DNA from: Kudoa neothunni | Lineage: Eukaryota > Animalia > Cnidaria | Assembly: GCA_964304625.1 (NCBI GenBank) | Contig: OZ199839.1 | Location: forward strand, 633,416 to 697,415 | Reading direction: 5' to 3' | DNA length: 64,000 bases | Shown here: piece by piece, positions 53,670-64,000 of the stretch | Layout: each line of letters starts with the position of its first letter | Position numbering within the stretch: the first letter of the stretch is position 1 | The notes under the pieces: generated by a model | Database searches by the model: none | The model's input: only the letters and a program-made list of their open reading frames with translations | Told to the model about the DNA's origin: nothing | Made by a program: the position numbers and the translations under genes

Positions 53670-54520
53670 TGAGGCGACGCAATATTATTCTCTTAAGCTG
53701 TGGAACTATTATTACTGTACATCTATTTAATACTTACATCCGATAGCTGTTCTTGAAGGTATTGCACCTTTCCAAGCTTAATGAAAGTACATTTTTTTAA
53801 GTTCAAACCGACCAATAATATACAATGTTTAAAAAAAGAGTGTTATCATTGGATGATGCACCGCCTGGAAAGTTTGCATGAGTATTAATCCGAGAATCTT
53901 TTTCATAATCAGGCTTGACTACAGTAAAAATAATAGAAATCTAATGAACAAATATACCAATATTTGGGAATTAAAATAATTTTGTTGATGAACTGAAGGG
54001 TTCTAAAAAACAAGGTTAATTTAAATTTAGTTGAATTAAAATTTAACATCTGCATTTGAGCCAGGACTTGTTAGAGCTGTCGCATTGGTAGTTGATTTCT
54101 AAGGTAGAAGATCAATAAGTTGTTTTATACTTTTATAACTTGAATGTACATAAGAATTTCATCCAAAAATAAAAATGATTACCAAATATAAATCTACCCA
54201 AACTACCAACGCAGTGAGGCCGTCTATTAAAAATAATTAACGATATTTCAGCCATTTAGAAATAATCAAACTCCAAAAGAGTAACCAAATGGATAACCAA
54301 CAAGTCTGCCTCATCGATTATTATTCGGTGTTTAATGATAAGAAGTACTGCGAATATAATAATAATTCAGTAATATGAAAAGATGATAAGAATAACAATG
54401 TTACATTCAACGAATTAATGATGATTAGTAAAGCAGAATAAGTCGTATTGTAATTACGATAAATATTTACTCAAATGGAAGCTTACAAACAAATAATAAT
54501 TGTTGCGATATTTCTCACAA
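53670..54520 (-). CDS. Possible small multi-exon gene of unknown function
   Basis: A run of GC-richer blocks bounded by minus-strand AG/GT sites. The reading frame could not be fixed uniquely. Confidence 0.3.
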
Positions 54521-54593
54521 TAATAATTTATTGAATAATAGGTTTACTTAAATGTCGTGTAAAAAAAACTGATGAAAAAGAAAAGCAACCTCA

Positions 54594-54664
54594 TGCACTA
54601 GCCGGGATTCGAACCCGGGTCACCCGCGTGGCAGGCGAGTATTCTACCACTAAACCACCAGTGC
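54594..54664 (-). tRNA. tRNA-Gly (GCC)
   Basis: GCACTGGTGGTTTAGTGGTAGAATACTCGCCTGCCACGCGGGTGACCCGGGTTCGAATCCCGGCTAGTGCA forms a cloverleaf with A/B boxes; downstream T-runs. Confidence 0.97.
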
Positions 54665-55279
54665 TGCGTGCTTCTTACTAAGAAATTAAGCCCTAATATA
54701 ATGAAATCAATAGTATCTCATAAATATAAAAATAGAAATAAATCATAATAATAGTTGTTAATAGTTTAGTTTATGTGTAATATTATAATTAATTGTCATA
54801 GCTTTTAGAATTTGATCCTAGTTGCTAACTTCGATTAGATATCCCTAAAAGTTTTGGACGAATAAAATCTGGAAATTTTCATTTAAAAAATTATGAACAT
54901 AAGTCATAGCCTCGTTGGCATTCAAATCGTCGTTACTATTTATATAGATATTTAAAAAATATAGTATTCAAACGAACCTAAACATTTCGAGTAACTTAAT
55001 TCTACTCAGTCGTAAGATGCAATCTAGGCGAATTATATTACTGTTTAAATTATTGTATAAGACATAATATTTTGAAAATGATAATTAAAATTATCCATAC
55101 TTCGACAAAAATGCAATTTTTGGTTCATATAAGTCTGTAAAGTAATTTAATTTATGTTTATTACATATGTATGTATGTATATATATATATATATAATTTG
55201 TGCTACTATACTAGCCGGATATTTCACCAAATCTTATAAAAACTTTAAATACCATTTATTTTTTATTGTTGATGTTTAA

Positions 55280-55442
55280 CCCTTTCGTGCCTAATGACGC
55301 CATATGACATCGTGCATGTAACTTTTTTATTTTAGCACACTCAAGCTCCAAAATATTACACATGGTTTATTTTACTTTAAAAATAACATTTATGTAATCA
55401 AATATATTTTCCAATCATAAAAGAAATCTCGGCGTGAAAGAT
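55280..55442. mobile_element. Short piggyBac-like MITE
   Basis: TTAA|CCCTTTCGTGCC ... GGCGTGAAAGAT|TTAA. Confidence 0.55.
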
Positions 55443-58400
55443 TTAACAAATAAATCATTGGTTCATTAATTTAAAAAATATGGCGTCATTCAACGGATGC
55501 GTCGAAATGTTGTTGAACGCGTATTAAACTACCCACAGTGCCACTGATGGCAAAAACCATTCTTGCGGTATTTTATACTTCACAGAATCATTAAATTACT
55601 GAGTAAGTTATCTTACCCACGTTTAGAGTTATTTTTTATTTCCCAAATATTAAAGTTATACACAATTATTTCTTAAACAATTTATTGGCTCCTTTTAAAA
55701 CATAAATTCATTTATATAATGAAAGTTCGGTTTTTCTTTTAAAATAGCTGATTTTCGATCCGTCACAGGATATAAATCACAGACCTTCTGGATCTTGGCT
55801 TGCATAGGTCCGTCTAAGAGTTCTTAAGGCATCCTTAATTTTAGATATTGACAGTTTGACGATTAATTGTTCCTTTTAACACTTATCATCAGAGATACTA
55901 GCACATGGTCCGCTATTAAATTAGATCGTTAATAAAGCCTCTTCTTCATTCACGTTTTCGTTTGTTAGAAATGTCGTAGATAGAAAGTTTTTGTTCTAAC
56001 TAAGATTCTACCGAGGGTTGAATGTTCTTTATATTTAAAACGTATTTTTTACCAAGACATAATTATTCTATTACTAAGATCAAATTTCTAAACTGTTCAT
56101 TTTTTAACTTCTCATCAACATCCCTCTGTATACTTGGCATGGTCAAATTTACTACGCAATTTCATATTAATTTTTTTGTTCATAAATATTTTTACACATA
56201 TTCATCTTATGTCTAGAATTTGAGAGGGATTCTATTCTTTTGAACATAATTAAGAAATTCATATATGTTAAAATTAAAGTAATTATGTTTTAAACTTATT
56301 TTTTGGAGGTAATAGGGAATATGTCGGTATTTCTTAATTGGGGGGAAGTCAAGTAAAGTGAAGGAGATAATGCACATACGCGCATATTTCGTGAATGTCT
56401 CTTGTTGATTATAACTTGGAGTGATAATGATTATTTTTTGAATTTTTTTATCAAAATAATTTCTCTCTTCTTGGAAGTTTAATAATGGTTGTTATGTTTT
56501 TTTCTACCTTACAGATAAAGTTTTTAAGGGAGATTTAGGACCAAAAACAGTAGTTAAAAATCATAATTTTATAGTTCAAATATTACAATAAGTATAAATT
56601 TGATCAAGTTTTCATTATTTATATAGACTCAACAATTTTTTCTGAGTCCTTTTCGAGGGGTTGACCAAAAGGAACCCAACAAATATCCTGAGAGCAATAT
56701 CAACATATGCGTGCGCATATAAATAGCATCCAAGTATTCTCCTTAAAATAAGATAATTAACAATTATATTTTGATAAAATTTGTTATTTACGTGTGCATT
56801 TCTAGACACATTTTGTAATTTAAAATATTTGGCATATAACTGCGTAAGAATCATTCAATCCATCTGCATCTTAAAAGTAAACACTCGGTGTATTCTTGAG
56901 AGGAGATTTTTCAGTTTTCCTGCGTTTACAACATATTTGGTAGGGTCATTTTTATTAAAATTAGCATAATTTCGGATATTTTAAACTTAAATTGATTAAA
57001 ATTTTTCTGTTTATAAAAAAAATTGATGATAGGCACGTTTTGAGTATTCAAAACAATGTTAAATACACTACTGGAATTTTATAATTAAACTTTATTTTCA
57101 AAAATACAAACTATTTTTTAGTTTATAAATTTTTTTTAACTTTTTTTGTCGTCTTAATATAAACAATATATAACTATTAATGGAAGATATTTGTCATCAG
57201 TTTTTTTAAATCAATAATTTCTATATTTTAATGAAATAGATCCATAAATTATTTGTTACAAAAAATAAAGCGTCTACGATAAAGTTATTATAAAAACAAA
57301 AAATTGTATTAATTGAACTTACAAGAATAACATGAAATTTATCACATTGCCCAATATATTGCACTAAGTCAATAGCATTCCTTTGTCAAATATTTTATAT
57401 TTAGTTAATTTTTGGACACACGATTTATTTGGGTAAATAACAGAAAATTTAAATATTTATAGAAAAAAACAATATTATAACTTTAATTAATAAAACAAGA
57501 GAATTTATTTGAAATAAGCACAAAATTACATTACCCTGTGCAATTAAAACGGAAAAATCTGTTTGTTCCGTATAATGATTGTCTTAGTCTGTATTTTTAT
57601 CTTTAATTTAGCACATATCGCATTAAGATATTATTATTGCTCACATTTTGGAGTATTTTAATGGGAAAAAGTAATTGTTCTCTTCCGTGTAGTTGCTAGG
57701 TTGCGCAGGCACAAACAAACCTTAAGAAATATTTCGATAATAATGTGGTGTACGAATCTTTAAAAAAATGTTAAGAATGTTAATTTAATTATTTTAATAC
57801 ATCTAATGAAGTTGAATGACAATGATATTATCCACCTGCATTATTATATATCTTACTGACAAATTTTAGAAAAGACTATTACTACTCAATAAATATTTAT
57901 TTAATTTCGCAATTTTATAACATCTACATCCCAAGATCTAATGTTTACTTTTAAATGAATTCCTATAGATTTCATTTTTAATACATTCTAACGAAGTGTT
58001 AGCTAGAAAATTAGAACTATACGATTTAATAAATCGATAAAATAGACTTAATGTTAGAAGACATAATTAAAACATATGCTAACTTGTTAAATAGAAGATG
58101 TATATTGTAATTTCAATAATTTATGGATGATTGTTCAATCAGAGGTCTAATTAATTACTCAAAAAGTTAAAAGCCCCAGTTCAATTATTTTTCAGTCTAA
58201 AAAAGCATGTAACTAATGAAAAGTAAATAGATTTAAAAACTACCCACCTTACAGGGTGGTAAAGGTAAGGGATAAAGTGAAAATATTTCTAGTTTTTTAC
58301 TTGTAAAGCTTCAAAACTCAAGAGTAAAAAACTCGAGTATTACTGATTTTAGCGGACTCAAAATTCCTTTTTAATGTAAGAACAGGTCAATTACATCTAT

Positions 58401-59903
58401 AAGCGGAAAAATGATATCTATGAAATCTACAAGTAGACATTAAACTTCTCAGATATAATTTCCAAAAATAAATTAATATTCCATAACATATATTAATTTA
58501 AAATGATGTGGGATTTAAAAATGCATAACCATTCCAAGGATTGGTTCCATGAGATGGTAAAATTTTTCTACTTGCCATTGTTTATATTGAAAAATCCGGA
58601 GGTTTAATGATAATCAATTATTTATCCTTAACAAACGGAATATACAAATGTCCCCTTTAAAATTTCTCAAAGTTTGAAGGAATTATATCAGAAATTTTTC
58701 CCATTCAAAAGAGAAAGATTTTCAGCGCATAGATCGATATTCTTCACGCCTAGAGACAGACGTAATCGTTTTATTCCGTCTCTTATTGATTCAAAAACAC
58801 CACCAGCCTAATTCAACTAATTTATCTTGGAAATACGTATAATTATTGAAGTAGAATATCCAAAAGTGTTATTTTTTATCAAATATTTTACAAAAAGTCA
58901 GATAAATCAAGATAAATAAATTTGACATAAAAATAGTGAAATTTAAATCGTTGGAAAGTTGTTTAAATCCATAAATTTTGTAGGTATAAATATTTAGATA
59001 TGGAATTATTTTTAATGTCAAATTTTTTAAAACACTAATCTATTTGAAACTACTGTCGATTTTACGAAAAATGATAATTTTGAGCATTATTCTTATTAAT
59101 CATTTCATAAGATTCCAGATTAGGAACTTAAATGTAACCGAAGAAAACGAGGTTGAAAATGAAAAAATTGCAAAATGTTTTGCCTAAAAGTTAATAGTAA
59201 CTTGAGAATGTAATGAAGAGAATACCCTTAAGATAGTTGACGAAACATTTTTAATTTCAGAATTAAATAATGATCTTACTTCAATCATAAGTGTGACTCG
59301 AAGACAAGGTTTTGATAGAATTGGTTAATTTACAATCTTTAGTAAACTAAAATGATACTAGAATAAAAAAACCTTTCTACTTTAAAATAGAATAATTTAT
59401 CAGTAAAGTAAATTTTAAGTCAGTTACACCATATCATATGCAAAGGGATGCGCTGAGATAGAGCAGGGTGTCCAATAAGATTATCGGAAAAAACCCATGG
59501 TCGCAAAGAAAACACAATAGTATTATTATGATAACAAAATTTTTTATTTTAAACGCGTTTTCTAATTACTGTCGTCAGTTGAATCGCCTTAATCATCTTC
59601 ACAACATCGCCGTTCACATCATGTATTATTTCTTCTGATCAACTGCTTTGCGATAAGTTTACATTCTACAATTTCATCCTTTAATGAGTTTGTTTATTTT
59701 TTACTGTATCATTAATGAATAAATTCGTTAAACATTTGCAGTAGCTGAAATTTCATACGTACATTAAAATAATACACGTCAAAAACTCCAAAATATGTTA
59801 TTCACAAACTCGAATTTTCTACTAGATGGTAAAGTCGAATTTTTTTGGAAACGCCGCATTAAATCGACACAGTTTTATAAAAACAAACGATGCAATCAAT
59901 AAA

Positions 59904-61535
<1,632 letters not shown>

Positions 61536-62699
61536 GTTAATCTACCGTCGGTCATCGTTATAACTTAAGCCGACCATAGTCTATTCCTAATTTGACGGCT
61601 GTTGTTATTTGGTCCATGGTTTCAAATTGACGAGGTGAGGAAAATATGGGAATGTTTTACAGATGGATTAACTATGAACAATAACGCTTTGTGACACAAA
61701 TCACTATTTGTTGGTAGTTCTTATGATACGTTTCTCTCGATTAAATCTCAAATCACACGGTTTCAACAAAAAATCATAATAAGCACTCGAGTTTAACACA
61801 TTTTAGAATGAATTTGTCGGTCAAAATACACGTTAGTTTTCCGACTCTTGCTCGTCCAAGATTCAAGATTAGTTGAGAGTGGATAAAAATTAATAACACC
61901 AAATTAATTATTCATGCGAATCAAATGATACAAAACTATTAATCATTATTGGAAATCTCACCTCAGAGTGAAAGCGTTAATTCAACATCAATTAATTTAA
62001 CATTCGGTAAACTGCATTATTAATCTCTCATTAAGCCAGTAATGGTACGCCTCGTGAGCCCCCAAACCAACTCTGATGCTCGCGTTGTTTCGTTGGTGAT
62101 GAGAAAATTTTCTAAGAGAAAAATATCTAACCCAAGATTAAAAAGACGAATTCCATGCATCGATTAAACTTTGATATTACTAATAGAAGTATTTTTAGAT
62201 GAATAGGTGGTACTAATCAAATAATTTACAGGGTTGGAAATTACAGATTATAATAGTCGGTTCACGTCGATTGGAATCTTCAGTATGAAAATTAGTTGAT
62301 CTTTATTTTCTATTCACCACAATATTATGTTATCATTCTATAAGTATTTTCGGTTAAAATTGGATAGTACCATCGCGGAAGAAAATAAATAAATAAATTA
62401 ATTGAATAAGGGGACAAACAATTTAAACATTAATTACGATTTCATTTTACCATTACCATACTCTAAATGTGAACAATTAATCTCAACTTGTTGATATTAA
62501 TATTATATTTCCACCACTAATTAAATAATAAAATAATATTTATTATAATAAGCATTTAAATCATCGCCGTCCATTAAGGCAATGTAACAACGAAAAGTGA
62601 TTGATTAATATACCATGAATATAGTGTAATAAATAAACGATAATTTTTTTAATAATATATAAATAAATGACAAATTAATAATAAATCATATCAACTTCA

Positions 62700-63962
62700 C
62701 ATGGGTCATATAAGGGACAATGGATCATGACCTAATTTTCTTTCGAAACTGATGATGAGGAAAAAACCTTGATTGTGGTCGTTGTTATTCGAGATGCAGA
62801 TATTTCGGAACCAGTTAGTATTTGGGACGTCGAAGATGCGTCTTTTTTGGAAACGATTACTTTAAATTTTATTTTGACAATGATCTCCTCGAAAATATTG
62901 TCTTAGAGACAAATTTATATGCCGTTTAGCAAAATTCCGGTTTTAATACTGATATTGAAGAAATTCAAAAATATATTGGTGTCTTGATTATCATGGGCAT
63001 AGTTAAAATGCTCAGATATAGGTGTTGTCGGGCCAAACTCTTGCAATATCCCATTGTTACTGAATGTGTCTCGAGAAATCGCTTCGAGGCAATGTCGAAA
63101 TAATTACACTTCGTATGTGATACTAACATTGTGACCAACCCAAACTCTCCCAAATATGACGAAATTGCAAAAATTCGCCCTTCACTAAATTCGATCAGAG
63201 AAGCCTGCCTGAAAGTAGAATACGAGAGGAATAATTCTATACCACCCCCAACTTTTTCTAAAGAAAAGAAACATTTTTTCGGTTGGTTTGACAGCATTGT
63301 TGTCACTCTCTCTTCCACCCATTCTTCAATTGAGCCTGCTTCATTTACAAGAAGATTTGACCGATCCAAGAAAAGAATAATAGAGGTAACTTGTCCAGCA
63401 GTTGTCAACGAAAATAATAAAAACATGGGAGGGATTGACCTCTCTGATATGTTGATGTCGCTTTATGTTATGCAACATAAATACAAGAAATATTATCATC
63501 GAATTTTCTTCTGGTGCTTGAACACGTCAATAATCAATTCTTGGGTACTATGCCGACGAAATTGCGCTGTTAGAAATGTACCGAATAAGAATATTTTAGA
63601 TTTGTTAGATTTTTCATTAAGTATATGTGAAAATAATATATTCTACAAAAAAGTGCTGCTTACCGACCAAATCAGGTTTGATGACGTAGGTCACTATCCT
63701 GAGATACGTACCGACAGTTCTAGGTGTCGCGTTTGTCAAATGAAAACTAGAATATGTTGTATAATTATTTAAATCAATAAAATATCTGCTTTATTACTTA
63801 CTTATATTCCCATTGTCCCATATATGGAACAGTTGAAAAGTTAGGAATAAATTCCAAAAAAATAATTCGGCTGGCGTAAAAATAATTAAAATGGAAAAAA
63901 CAAACACAATTAATGTAGAATAATAATTTTCAGGTCGAAATGAAAAATTGGGAGCGAAAGGG
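62700..63962 (+). mobile_element. piggyBac element with internally deleted, pseudogenised PGBD transposase
   Basis: VSRNRFE, KIRP, CPAVVNENNKNMGGIDLSD, KYYHRIFFW...INSW and C-terminal RCRVC. Right end GGAGCGAAAGGG|TTAG. Subterminal IR CATATAAGGGACAATGG / CCATTGTCCCATATATG. The catalytic core is missing. Confidence 0.9.
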
Positions 63963-64000
63963 TTAGCAACTACATGTAGGCAAAATTACAAGAGACCGAA

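Noticed and set aside
55480-56220. Possible decayed non-LTR or transposase coding sequence on the minus strand
   Set aside because: Only a vague resemblance (ISKIKDALRTL) and many stops; not supportable.
58240-59350. Possible Mutator-like transposase remnant
   Set aside because: Weak similarity only; no TIR or TSD found.

Overview
AT-rich eukaryotic (animal-type) genomic DNA with short GT-AG introns (about 40-70 nt), so the ORF track mostly shows exon fragments. The compact introns and divergent proteins suggest a reduced, probably parasitic metazoan such as a myxozoan or orthonectid; this is inference only. Genes reconstructed by hand: a transglutaminase (5' end outside the window), an mTERF-like protein, metaxin-1 (9 exons) head-to-head with URB1/Npa1, a four-TM claudin-topology protein with a very large repeat-containing loop, TFIP11, TBC1D22/Gyp1, a small CM1 (centrosomin-motif) protein, and PRPS1. 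RNA genes: tRNA-Gly(GCC) and a divergently transcribed pair of U1 snRNA genes. Introns and intergenic DNA hold decayed DNA transposons and MITEs (hAT, piggyBac, pogo/Tigger, Merlin). The most interesting signal is the U1 pair. One copy has the canonical 5' splice-site arm (ACUUACCUG). The other has ACUUACUUG, keeps its stems by compensatory changes, and has an identically placed promoter motif. Many introns in this window have AA|GT donors that match the variant arm. All family assignments come from motif recognition, not database searches.
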